A stretch of 63,973 nt of DNA, counting the filler, from Perkinsus olseni (taxonomy: Eukaryota): NCBI GenBank assembly GCA_013115125.1. It is 4 parts of 4 records of this genome, joined end to end, with 100 filler letters (N's around TTAATTAATTAA, not from the genome) between each part and the next. Parts side by side here need not be neighbours in the genome. Positions count along the whole stretch, not along the records: positions 1 to 16,776 come from JABANN010000670.1; positions 16,877 to 33,613 come from JABANN010000671.1; 2 more parts are not named here. One strand, given 5' to 3'. Below, one piece after another: positions 13,001 to 26,200 of this stretch. Positions within the stretch are counted from its first letter, which is position 1; every line of letters begins with the position of its first letter. Made by a program: the position numbers and the translations under genes. A model generated the notes under the pieces. That model did no database searches. It was given only the letters and a program-made list of their open reading frames with translations, and was not told where the DNA came from.

Positions 13001-15400
13001 ATCTGTATGAACCACATCATCGTGAAGACTCTCTTGGTGATGCCACTGCAAGCGGGCAGCGCGTTAGTGCTCTGTGCGTGAGGATCCGGGCTGGAGGAGG
13101 TATGTACTCCACAAACTCGAATAGCCCTCGCTGAGCCAACGGCATGACCATCAAGTTGTGTGCAAAGCGTCAACAAGGTTTAACACCTATTCTCCGGTTC
13201 GGCGCTCGATGGTTAGCCCTAGGCCCTACCGTGATGCTGCAGCTGCAGCTGTTGCTCTCGATCCAGGCGCTACACTTGACATAGGGGTGTACAATGCCGA
13301 GCAATACAGGAGGGATGCTGCAGGGCCGTGGCCTCCCCGACTGCCCGAATCCCCCGACTTAGGGGTCTCCCCAGACGCCATCTGAAAACGGGTCTTCTAC
13401 CAAGGCGAGGGATGCCGTGCTGTATCATACCCTCTGCTGCTCATGGGAGGACATGCCCTCCATGAGAACCTCCTTTTGGAAGTCCAATACGAATAGGGAC
13501 TTCTCCGACTTCCGCACCTATCGGTTCCAGTAACAATGGGCTGTAGTTGAAAAGGGGCACGTACCAAGGACAACGCATGGTCTAGATCGCTGGCTAGCTG
13601 GCCATTGTGGACATTCAACCCACTCAGGCCACTCGACCTCGCCCGAAAAATCAACTTTTCCATCAGCAGCAGCCTCTGAGAAGACATCTCGGAGGTGCGC
13701 ACCGCCTCCTGTCCGATAATCCCACCTTATGCGTCAGCTGCATCTGTGTGACCCGCGTAGCCTTGTCATTAGAACTATCGAAGGCTACTATGGTACGTTC
13801 GAGCACCTGCAGCATCAGCAACAACAACGGCATCGGGTCGTCACACAGAGGACCTGCTGTGAGGACCCACATCGATCCGCCGTTGAGAGACTTCCAGACG
13901 AAGGAAGTTGGTCCTTTGGAAGAGTTCAAGTCGATACTTTCCCGTTAGGCAGAGAATTGAGCTCAGAATGAGCACCAAGGTCAACGATCTGCAAGGGCCC
14001 ATGCTGCTGTGTTGATGGCAGGGAGTACTACAGGGCGAACCAGCGGTCTGTCGAAGATGATTCTATCACATCCGAGTTGGTGCCATAGGAAGGGACGCCG
14101 AAGCCGATAGAGATACCAGCGTAAAGGCAATTGATGGCTACCGCAACCGGGAAGAGGCGACGAATCCTCAGGGGGGTGTAGACCGAAAAGTACATACTGA
14201 GAAATACATAGCGGTGGTTCACGAGCTGAGTTGAATCGCCTTACATGGTGATAAGGTCCAAGAAAACTGATATGTCGGCGACGCCAAGGTTGGCGCCCGG
14301 AAATGCTACACTATAATCTGTACCTGATCGGTGTTGGTGGATGAGGAACTGGAACAGGGCGAGGCACGTCGTACCTGTGATAGTGGCGACTCGATAAGGT
14401 GTACCAAATATGGTAGCAGCGGTCATGGTGAAGCCTGTCCAGACCTGGATGTATAACTCTAAATAACGACTTGGAGGCAAAGAAAAGGGGAACGTGAAAA
14501 GAACGAATAGACCTGAGAGACGGCATGTCTTGAGAATCTCCTCAGGAAGGCTGGGAGCAGCTCACCAAGGGAGGCAATTACTAACCAGCATAAATTAAAT
14601 AGTATATTGGCAGAGGTGTCCCATTTAGAGACCCATATTGAGGGGTAGAGCAGGCACACCAAGGCAAACCTAGAACAATACAGCTGTTGAACGCCGCTCG
14701 GACTGGCGTAATGGGCCACTACGCTATAAAGGCCACTGCCGGCACCCAGAGGCTTCGCCGCAGCTTGGGCTCCAAGGAAAGAAGATATGCTCTCTCGAAT
14801 CGCGGTACGGAGAATACCATGGTCCGCCTGAACGCATCGGGTATGTTCTATCGGCCAGTGGACCGTCGAGTCAATCATCCACGCGAGGCGACGACACATG
14901 TAGTCGACAAACTTGAACGGCTTTCCGCCCTTTACACCAGGGCAACGGGTCACACCGGCAGTAGCCGCGGTCGGTCCTCGATCGCGCCGTTGCGATCAGC
15001 AATGATCAGCAGTTACCCTCATTTACTACTTATGTAACTTCACCCTTTCCCACTGCATCAGCTTCTCTCGCCGCTCGTCGATCTCCCCAATCGGCTTCAG
15101 TACGTCTTCCGGTACCGGTTCGGGTATGGCCGGCAATGCGCGGGACGAGATGTTGGTGGATTCCGCGCCACCAGGAGCATTAGTAAGATCAGGAATGAGA
15201 AGAAATGGAGGCTCAACCTCAGAAGCTGCGCTCGAACCGGCGGCGCCCACGTGGACCTACCCACCAACAGATAACGATCTCCTTGTCCGCTCAAATGCGC
15301 TCACCTGTGACCGCAGGCCTTCCGACGATGCACTTTCGGCTGATAAGGAGGGACGCCCGGCATCAGTACCTGGACGAATGCTATGGGCTTCATGCCTTGA
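10050..15400 (-). CDS. Class I 3',5'-cyclic-nucleotide phosphodiesterase with N-terminal transmembrane region (multi-exon; ends approximate)
   Basis: Minus-strand exons at ~11700-12540 encode PYHNAVHAAQVTHH, CMCHDVGHFGRTNKFLV, YNDRSVMENYHAA, LILSTDL, ADCGH and later QISFIE; hydrophobic exons lie at ~13700-14700. Confidence 0.85.
11595..11627. repeat. (CCT)n microsatellite encoding poly-Gly in the PDE
   Basis: About 10 CCT units; the minus frame reads RGGGGGGGGGGLG. Confidence 0.9.
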
Positions 15401-16703
15401 ACTGCGCAGATCCGCAGGTTCCAAGTAAGATTTCCCTCAGTTCAGTTTTATTGCATCAACAGTAGGACCCTGGACGATACCAAATACCGGGAGAAATATA
15501 TCGTCAACCAATTGCACTGTGTAGCCTCATTAAGTCCATAGAGCTGTGGAGATTCATCCGCAGCACTCAGATACCGAGGTTGGTGGGAACTGCTCGAACG
15601 GCTTTTTATGAACCACGGAGCATCATCTAGCTCTCGCCCATTAGCCCTAATACGGAATGCATTCGGTGCTCCAATTCTACCGACTGTCATACAGCAGGCC
15701 GATCGGCGAATCAGGGTGAATGCTGATCCAATTGCCAATGAGAACGTCTGAGTCAGAATTCTCTGGTAATGAAGGAGCGTGTCGGGTTTGTTGGCGATAG
15801 GAATCTATCCCCCACGAAGTTCCAACCGTGTAAGCAATTATTGAACCAAATTGCCTTAATCAACTGACGATCCTACTCGACTATTTAACCGTCTGCCAAC
15901 GCTTCAACGGCGGGACGAATGCACTGTATTGCAGCTTGGTATTCGGTCGGCCAATAACGCAAGCGCCCTCGTGGATCCATTCGTGGATGGGCAACGTAAC
16001 CCTGCACTCTGCCTTCTTCGACAGCAACTAACCTAGAAACTTCGCGTTTCAGTGCGGTTGGGAAATGCTAAAATAAATTCCGCTAGGATCGCGCCGTATA
16101 ATGGCGAAACCACCGATAGCAACCGGTGGCACATTCGTGGATGCTTCTTCAGAGGGCCCCGGACTTCTATTGTGTTATGGTTGTCAATAGATTCAGAATT
16201 CGGAAACGAAGCCGCCGGCAAGAGCATGAATATGCAATATAAATTTACCTATTTTGGGCCTATCATCGAGGAGCTGATACGCTAGTTTTGGCATCTTCGA
16301 GGTTGAGCGTGAAGAAGACCTTGCGATCCATTACGAACCTTCTTCCCTTACTACCAGCACTCCTCCGCCGCCTGTGCAATGGCTCCGACCTCATACCAGG
16401 TGATGTAGATGGCATTGTGATAACTGTGAAGTCAATACCGAATCTTCCCCTGTGGATACTCAACACAACTCAAGCCCATACATGAAGGGAGACGCTTCGT
16501 GGAGCCTGGGGCGTGTGTCACCATTGGTTACGTCACTTCATGATTGTAAGTCGCACCGTTCGGCCGACACATGAATCTTTCACGGGCCCCATCATAGTGG
16601 GTATTTGCCATAATCTCCCCGTCGTACCATTCCTCGCATCTTGTTAACTGACACGGTAGGCACCTGATGAGCCGATGGACTCGTTAGTTTTCGGAGTTGT
16701 TTC

Positions 16704-16776
16704 TCAAATTCAATTCAATTCAATTCAAACTTTATTGCCCGGGCGTTACAAGCTCAAAGCTTATCGCCCATCACAC
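16704..16776 (-). mobile_element. 3' tail of a non-LTR retrotransposon cut by the contig end
   Basis: Minus strand reads ...AATAAAGTTTGAATTGAATTGAATTGAATTTGA: a polyA signal followed by a (TTGAA)n tail, as seen in CR1/L2/Rex-type LINEs. Confidence 0.55.
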
Positions 16777-16876
16777 NNNNNNNNNNNNNNNNNNNNNNNN
16801 NNNNNNNNNNNNNNNNNNNNTTAATTAATTAANNNNNNNNNNNNNNNNNNNNNNNNNNNNNNNNNNNNNNNNNNNN
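16777..16876. other. Artificial contig linker
   Basis: N44-TTAATTAATTAA-N44 (stops in all six frames). Confidence 0.99.
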
Positions 16877-17246
16877 GTTTCGCAACTCGTCCCAGTTGGA
16901 GCTGGCGGCGAGAAAATCACGATATTCCAAATTTATTTGGAGGGCTGTATGACGCCAAAGCGCGTGTACCTAGTTGCAATTTACTGATGAGTCTGTACTT
17001 CTGTGAGCACAGCCGGTATATTGGTCTGTCTGGGACCGAATGCTACCACTAATTCCTCCTGAGGCCGCCACTAGCACTCTAGTCACGTACGGTTCAAGCT
17101 GCGGAACCTACAGATAGGACGGCAGGTTGTTGTGCCAAAACCCCCACCATAGAGCCTTCAGTCGGGGCACGGTCTCGCGAGGGTGTGCGAACGCCCATCT
17201 TCCGCGACCTACTGTCCGCCCATGCCTGACCCGATATCCTGCTCAG

Positions 17247-20200
17247 GTTTGTATTCGAGCCCAGCAGCGGCGAGATCCCGGTTGGTGAGAGTATCGACAT
17301 AACAGCTAGTTTCAATCCGAATGAGCTCGGAGACTTCTACGAGGTACAGCCTGCGTTATGCGGCTTCTCGTCCTTCTTGGCAATGTCCCTGGGTGGTGGG
17401 GATCATTCTATGCGATCTGCTGTGCAGGTCTTCCACTGCCAATTGACTGGGTCCACGTCTACCGTACCACTGGTCTTCAAGGGGCGGAGCGTAGCTCCTA
17501 GTTTCACCTTCGACGTTGAGGCCATTGACTTTGGCCTAGTCTCTGTGGGTTTTCTCAACACCAAGACTATCACCCTCACCAATACGTACGTGCCTTCCGT
17601 CTCGCTAGATACCACACCTTCGACTCTTCCTGGAACAGGTCCGACGTCTCTTTCAACTACGTCCTTCGAGTCCCCGGGGACGGCCGACTGGATGAGAAGG
17701 AGTTTGATCTCGTACCGAGCCGAGGGTCTCTGAAGCCGCTAGCTAGGCAACGAATTCAAGTCGGTTCAGCCAGCCTGGCGTTCGGCGCTTTAGAGTGTCT
17801 AGCTCTCGCGCAGGTGGACCTCATTGCAGAGAACGTGAGGTCCTACGAGCTGAGTCTCTTGGTGGACTTGGAAGGGATTGGCGAGGGGCTTCTAGCCGTG
17901 CCGATCTCGGTGGGTCCTGTAGCAGCTGTTGGCAGGCTCATTCTCCCTGGTGCAGGGCCGATCTGATGTTCCCTCGATATCCTTCGAGCCAGTGGAAGTC
18001 CTCTCCTTCGGGGAAGTCTTCATTCACTACCCCTTCCACAAGCGCCTTATCCTGCACAATACGTCAACCTTGCCGGCCAAGTTTGATATCATCACCGATT
18101 CGGACGGCCCTGCAGACTCAGGTGGGGTTTGACTAAGCTACAGTGACACAGTGTGGTATGCTCAGCGGACCCCAGTGTTGCCATAGCTGAAGTTGAACCG
18201 GATCAGCCCCAGGGTAGAGTCCCCGCGGCAAGCAGCCATGTGGTAACCCTCACCTTGTACGCTAAGAGGACAGGCTCAGTCAATAGGACGGTGTAGTAGC
18301 TCCATGATGGCCTTCGACTCTGCTATGCCTCTTGACAGGTACATTAAGATCGGGGGCCACAGCGTGCCATACCCTATCACAGTAAAGGCTCGAGCAGTAG
18401 GTCCAAGAGTGTTGGTGGAACCCATGGCCATCGACTGGGGCAGCGTCAGGTGTCTGGATGTGAGTCCCTATTAGGCTCGCTCGTGAGAGGTTGAAGGTTC
18501 TTCAGGTCGTGACGAAGACGATAAAGCTGACCAATGACTGCTGCATCGCCGCACCTCTACGAGTGCTCATGAAGAGTCGGACTTCGCCGTGGACCGTGGA
18601 ACAAAAGGTTATCCACCTAGAGCCGCAAGAGGTCTACCACTTGTCAGTCAAGTAAGCTCTAGCGGCAGTGCCTGGTGTAGAAGTAAGCGGTGCGCTTCAT
18701 TCGAATACCTACGTCAGATTACGGCCTAACGAGGTGCAGAGGTTCACAGATGTCCTCTACGTCATAGTGGAGGAGGGAGAAGACTCGGCGATTAATTTCA
18801 AGTAGAAGGGCGATAATTTTGTGGCGCGTGACGCTGCTTCCAGGTGTCGCGGAACGGAGACTCCCATCGTTTGCGACCAGGACTTGGGAAGAATAGACTT
18901 TGGCACTCAGTACACAACTCAGTCCATCACGAAGGAGATCGTGCTCAAGAATCTAGGCAGAAAATCTAGGACTATTACCTGGCTGGTGAGGGACGCATGT
19001 GTGTCGCTGCTACTACGACCTCGGTGAACTCTATTGCTCGTACTTGCGTGTGGCGCACATCCTCAGATCAGTAACAGCGGGATGCGTCCATTCCGTCTCA
19101 TGTCAGTAGCGGTTGTTCCCGTGTACCGTTTTTAGGTCAATGAAGAGGCAGCTAGAGAGAAGGTATTGAAGCAGCTTGCCAAAGACGGCGTGGATCTGAA
19201 GAAGGCCAAGCTGCCGGCTGTACCTTACACGGTAGGACATGGGCTCCTCCTGCAGTGTGGTCAGGACGCGGGTCAGATACATCCGACGACGGCCGTTCTG
19301 CCCAGCAATAAGGGGTATCGATTCACGGTAACGGCGTGCAGCCAGGTTATCGACCTCGTAGAGGACACTGCGGAGTGCATTGAGTATGTTGGAGGCAACA
19401 AGAAGGGCAAGGCTATCTTTCAGCCATCCCTCAAGGTAGCTGGGGGAGGCGGCTGTCACTTCCATGCCCGAACTGCTCTATTTTTCCATGCCAGACTACT
19501 TTCGTCGCTCCGCTGTTGCGAATGTCGGACAACAACGTTCCCTATCGTTATGTGTGGAGCAAGGAAGACGGCGAGAAGGCTGCCATGATGACGCGGCCAC
19601 TGAAGATCACCAATATCTCACCATTGCCCATCACCTTCTCCCTGAAGGTCCCCGTGCCCTTTTACATCAGGTGGGGGAGGGACATGTCGTCCTTCATGGG
19701 GTCAGTGGGCTTTCTTAGGTTGCCACAAGCGGCAACTCTTGTCGGGGTCGAGGGAGTCTCTGTAGCTGAGGGATCGGTGAATCTGGATCCGGAGGCTAGC
19801 GCCACGGTGGAGGTGGACTTCGACCCGTCTTACAAGGTTGATCGACAATGTGCTGTACTGAAGCAAAACATATCGGTAAGTGGCGGGTCGATGGAGATAA
19901 GGCCAGGATCTCGGCTGACCCTCCCTTATGCAGATAACGTATAGGGACCATCCTCAGAAGGATAGCCTCGAGGCCATAGGGGAGGTCGTCTTCCCCAATC
20001 TCTCTTTCGAGCGAGCAGAGCTCGACTTCGGGGCGGTCCTCAACCGTACAGTGACGGAAAAGCAAGTCTTAGTAAGCCGCTGTTTCCTAATGCTCTCGCT
20101 CCCGCCCGTCCCTCCCTGATTTCAATCTTGCCGTACAGGTGGCCAACACATCGGAGCTGCCATGTGACTACAGCTGGGAGTTCATCGTAACTGCTAAGGA

Positions 20201-23200
20201 GGCTGACAAGGCAAGTCGTTGATCGTGGTCATGCCGTTCCCGCTCGGGATTGCAGCGTTCCTCTTCTTGACTCAGCTCAACACGATATCACCGAATATGG
20301 CGTTTGATATCGAGCCTATCGCTGGCACCATACCAGCGCACACAACGGAAACCGTATGCTTCCGGTTCAACGGCATCCCTGATAGGCTGTGCGAGGCCGT
20401 TGCCAGGTAATATGCCTACCATAGTATGCTTGCTCTTGACGGGAGGGTAGTGCAGGTGCAACGTTATCGGTGGTCAGAGCTATGACGTCATGCTCCGTGG
20501 TCGGGCTTCGGAGCTTTCCTTCCGCATCGACAAGACCCATCTAGATTTCGGCAACATGCAGTTCGACAACTTCGCGGAGCGGGAGCTCGTAATAGTCAAC
20601 AAGAGTTGCGTAACTGCCTTCTTCGCCGTGGACCTCCGTGGTCTGAAGAGAAGAGTTCTAACGGTGACTCCTGAGAAAGGGAAGATCCATGGCGACGGCA
20701 AGGCGAAGTTGACGGTCAATTTCTCGCCGGGTGAGTACGTGGTAGTTGCTTCCGATGTTGGAGGCAGGGTCGCATACTCATTGCTGGGTGGGCAGGCGTC
20801 GGAACCGATGATACTCCCAGAAATTTTGGTGGCTTCTTCAGTAGGGCCAAGCATGAGTTCCTCTTTAGGTATCCCCTCGGAAGTCTCGGAGGTGTTTTTG
20901 ATTCGAGTATCGCACCTACCGGCGGTAGCTGTGAGCGTCGAAGGCTGTGGAGTGTACCCGGCCTTGGTCTTGAACCTGCCGCGCGCCAACGCGGAGGAGC
21001 ACATGAGGAAAATGGAAGACATTGCTGAGCGGATGCCAGTCGAGGTGAGGATGACTCCGTTATTATATCGGGTCTGCTAGGCCTGTGACCGCACTGTAGG
21101 ACCGGGCCTCTCCTAGGTCCATCATACGGGCACATCGTCTAGAGGGACATCACGGCGGGCGAGCTTCATGAGTACTACGCCAGTGGGAAGTGTTATATTA
21201 TCTGAGCACCCTGGTACCTCCAAATCGGGGGACCCGAGAAGCTCCGGAGCTGCCAGAAGCCACAAGCTTGCCGGCACCGCGATAGCTTCGATGGCCAGCA
21301 GACGGGGCTCCTCATCGGAACTCGGAGGTGTTGCCCCGCCGCATACAGTTGTATCGTTGGGTCACCACACGTTGAAGTAGGTCTTTGAAGGGCTCTGCGG
21401 ATTGCTGTACCCGAGTTCTGGGCAGGTGCACAGTTGAGGTCGACAGAGCCAGCCTTTGTGATGCTCTCCTGGCTATTGAGCGTTTGCAGGATGCGCCGGC
21501 TTCAATGACCCCTAGCGGCCGCAAGAAGGCCCGGGCGGTAAGGGGCCGAGGATGGGATGAAATTTCTGACCATTCCCGATTCAGCTCACTGCGAAGACGG
21601 TGGCCGGGAGCTACGTGTGTGACTTTGGTGACATCGTCTTGGGTCACAGCAGACGGCAGCCTTTCACGGTGTACAACTGTCATGCCACCGACATCATGCT
21701 CAACATCAGCCGGAAAGAGCTCATGGAAGCGGGCTTCATAGTCACGCCCGAACAGGTGATGAGTCCGGGGGCTTCGAACGCCTTCTGGCGAGGGGACCGC
21801 TCCTCTTTTCAGGTTGGGAGCATAGCTCCTGGGAAGTTCCTATCCATGGCCATCATCACAGAGCTGCCGAAGGAAGCCGAGGAGGGAGTGCGGGAGCTGC
21901 TATGGGAACTTCCTATTAAGAATGGGCCAAGGTACTCCACCGTCGTTGCTGAGTCCTCAGCGACCATCCCAACGGCGCACCTTGTCTTAGGTATGCCATC
22001 CACCTCAGAGCTCGACACGAAATTCCGCAGCTCACTCTTCCCATCAACGAAGTAGACTTTGGAACAGTCGTTGTCGGGTTGCGATCGAAGTGAGATCACC
22101 CACGCAGTCGGGTCACCAGGCGGTGTCTGGAAGACCTCCACTTATAAAAGGCATTAGTCTTCATTGCTCAGGCGTTACTTGCGGCTGATCAACGACAAGC
22201 ACGTTCCTGTCGAGTGGTCCTTCCGGGTGCCCACCACTAAATTCGGTGTACCTCTGCCGCCTTGGGAGGTCCCCTTCGGAATCACCCCCACCTTCGGCAT
22301 GCTGGAACCTGGCCAAGATTCTACTGTGGAGGTAAACCGAGTCACTGAATTGTTATTATTCTCAACTCAAACGGTCTCACCGTTCACTCCCTAGTTGAAT
22401 GAATATATCCTCATGCCATCACAAATGCCGGTGTGCAACGTTGGCGCTAAGTCGGGACGAGTGCAACTTTCAATTTCGATTCACGAAGCGCAAATGAGTA
22501 TCGCCAATGCCGCCCCTGCACGCTTCTTAAACACTTGGAAACTGTTGAAGTATTCTTGACCACTAAAGCTCAAGACATGGCTGTATGATATGAAACCTAA
22601 TGGACTTAAATGAGGAATCGGTCACATACTATTCAATAGTAACTATTATAGTATTATAGTATTATAGTATTAATAGTAACTATTGTGTCTCTTCTCCTCT
22701 CGTACTAGGGCATCTCCTCCCCTCGCCCTCCTCTGGCACGTTTTCTAGAGGCGCATCTGGTAGTTGAGGTACATCTAGCTTCGCCTCCGCGTCGTGCCAG
22801 TGTTGACCTTGAGGCTGTGGCTTGGGCTGCAGCCTTGTGTTGTAATGGTGGATGTGGACGGTAGCCTGCCCCGGCTCCGCCCCAGTGCTCCGTCGGCTCT
22901 GCAAGCGGGCAGACCTCCGTCGTTTCCGCATAGCGGAAGCAGCTGCCTGTGCTCTTTGATAGCGTGTGAGGTCAACCTCCGCATCCGAGGGGCTATGGTC
23001 CGGGGATCCTTGGGAAGAGGGGAGGAACTTGTCCAGCGGATGGCTTGGCCCAATTGGCATGCTTAAAGTGCGGTCGACAAACACGCTACGATAAACGGTG
23101 CTACTCGAGCTCGGTATGATACCAAGAGAACAAGGAACAGCTAGAGTCGATAGGTTCAGGCGATCCGAGTGCTTCAATTGTGTTGCCTCAAGGCGCGCTG

Positions 23201-26200
23201 ACGACCGTGCGCGCCCAGCAACGACCAGTCGCCTGAGAATGAGGATAGTTTCTCAGCCGACGATATAGGCTTTACCCTTTCATGGGTCTTTGGAGGAATT
23301 TCTATTGGCCTGATTCTGCACTCGTATAACCTGCCTCATCGCCGTCCAGATTGTCTCTTGTGGATGTCGGGCTCTTATTCAGGTATCCTTCGCGCCCAAC
23401 GCAGCTGGAGCCTTTGCTGAAAAATTTGCTCTGCGCATTAAGGACAACAGGCAGTCGGCCGTCATATCGTTACGTGGCTCGGGGAGCGCTCTGGAAGTAG
23501 TGCCAGCACACCCTGGTATAGCCTTGTGGAGCCTCGTGTAGCAGGTCAATATTACGCCGACGTCCTTCTGCCACCTCGGGCCTGTCTTGCCGTACCAGCA
23601 AGATCCGCCTTGCCGTCAGGAGCTCACCTTGGAGAACCCGACTGACCATCCCATAGAAATATACAGTGTCGAATTCGACACCGTGAGCTCGGGAGTTGTT
23701 CGTTGGCAGTTTGTCTGTGCAAGTATTAACACTTAGGCATACGTCACTGAGGAGGAGATGCTCAGGGAGTATGATGGCTATGACGAGTACAGCATTGCGG
23801 AGATGCCGATGAGGGAGGTCGGATCATCATCCTGGCCCCGCCTCGTAGAGAACGTAGAGAAAGCTAGGGCGAAGTCGGCTAGAGCGGCGCAGGTGAGTCG
23901 AAAGCTATCAGATCATACCACTTGACATGAGTGAAGCTCCCGCCCCGACGGTGGCGTTTCTTGTAGAGGCTCGAGGTGGAAGGGTCCGCTGATGACGAGA
24001 CGGCGGAGGGTGAGAACACCATATTCGAGCCCGAAGAGGACGATGACCTCCCTGAACAGCGCGAAGAGGACTACCCCAACCGCGTCCCTCCGAGTGAACG
24101 CCTCTCCATCATTCTTCTGGGGCCACCCAAAACTGGGAAGACTACGGTTGCTCGTGCGCTAGGAGTCGAGCACTTGAGAAAGCACCTGACAGTGGATGAC
24201 TGCATCGAGTGGATCATCAGCAACCCGAAGAGCCTTCGAGACGACTATGTCGCGGAGAAGCTTATCCGAAAAGTCCGCGACGCGATCAGTGAGTGCGAGT
24301 CAGAATCGCGTGAAGGGGTGCCCGACCTTGTGAAGGCGGACGTCGTTGCAACGATACGATACCGTCTTGACCTACCGGACTGCAACGCGGGGGTTGTGTG
24401 GGACGATTGTTCCAAAGCTTCCAAGTACGTGGCCGAGGACTCAATTGAGTGCATCTCGGAGGCCCTTCCCAAGGAGGAGAGTCTGAAGTTTATCCTCTTT
24501 GATGTTGAGGGCGGGTCTGATGAGGGCTGGAGCCCGGAGACCGCCCTGGCCGCATACTATAGTAGACTTGAGGAGCTCCTCAGTCAAGAACTGCAGGAGG
24601 TCACTGAGAGTTTAGCCGAGTCGGAGCGCCAGGAGCAGTCGGAGGCGGAAGAAGCGGCAGTTGATGGTGGTGGAGTAGCCCCGAACGATGTGGAGCAGCT
24701 TGCCAGAGCTGAGCTGTCTGTAAAGATTGCCCGTAGAAAGAAGGAGCTGGAAGGCCTTCTGCAGTGGTTTGAGGATGAGAAACCGGCCACGAGGGCGGGC
24801 CAGTATGTGGAGGAGCTCTCTGCACTAGTTCGTAAAATTCGTGGAGACCCGGTCGATGGAGATGATGGCAACCATGGGGACGACGTTGTTGAAAGCGACG
24901 ATGTGAATGACGATCCTGTGGGCGAGAACGCTGCGGTAGTCACTGAGGCACAGGGCTTCGATACGGATTCGGTGACGCCGCGATCGACCACCTGGCTGGA
25001 AGTTCTGCTGGCAGCGGAGCAATCCGATGCGAGGAAGGTTACTGAGCAGGTCTTGGCATCCGTCGCTCAGCCTGCATTCCCAGCCTATAGCCGACTACCC
25101 CACCCAAAAACAGTGCAGTTGGTACGGAAGCCGATGACGCGCGAGCCTCGAGCTCCATCAGAGCTTTTCATGCTACTGACTCCTGTGGAGAACGACGAGG
25201 GTGCGGAGGAATTCCTCGAGCAAACCCGATGGGTTATACCCGCCAGATCGGAGCAGCGCATTGCTGTACAGTTCTATGCGACGAAGGCGGGCACCTTCTC
25301 TGAGCAGCTTCGGTTCGAAATCGTATCCAGCGGCCTCTCACCGGTGCAGACGTTTGTGGATGTATCGGGCACTGCGGGCTTCCCTAAGATCAACAACGAC
25401 CCTCGCAATGTCTTCATGAGGAGAATGAAGAATCGTCCTCGAGGGGGCTACCCTAAGAAGCAGTTTATCGTCTCCCAAAGCGTGTTTGACTTTGGCCCAC
25501 TTCTGGCCGGCCGAACCACTGAGATGAGGGACGCCCTACTCGCACTAGAACAGGACGATCAAGAACGTCTGGCGGGCGAGCGCTTGTTGCGTCAGCATGC
25601 CGAAACACTCCGGATCACGAACAACTCCCTGTTCCGTGCCGAGGTTCGGTGCGTTATGGCCTCCACGATGAGTGCAGGGCCGGGTCAGCCCACTGAGACC
25701 CCTGATGACTCGGAAGACTTCCCGTCGCTCTCGCTCGATGACTGTCCGTTCGTCATTGACCCGTCGCAATTCACCCTAGATCAGGATGAGACTATGGACG
25801 TGCAGCTCTGGTGCTTCCCTCAGCGGGAAGGGCAATTCCGTGATACACTAGCCGTTCTGGTGAAGGACAACCCGGAGGTGTTCAAGTGGGGGGTCGAGGC
25901 TATCGGAGCGGTTCCTAAGGCGGATCTCGACACCGATGTTGTTGACTTCGGAAGCCTCATGGTGAGGCAGCGAGATACTCGCACGATTCACATTCAGAAC
26001 GCAGCGGCCGCGCCAGTCGAGTGGGAGCTGCTCGCGGCGGATGTTAATCAGACTGAGGAATCTGAGCCCGTTCCCCCGCAAGAAATCCTCATCGAGCCCA
26101 TGGGTGGTAGACTAGGTATTGGTGAGTCTTCTGACATCAACGTCACCTTCTATGCGGAGGACCCTGTGTCACACGACTTTGTAATGAATATGCTAGTACG

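Noticed and set aside
16821-16832. TTAATTAATTAA palindrome present three times
   Set aside because: Synthetic linker embedded in N runs.
24105-24150. P-loop inside Hydin as a novel kinase fusion
   Set aside because: An adenylate-kinase-like domain is a known part of Hydin.
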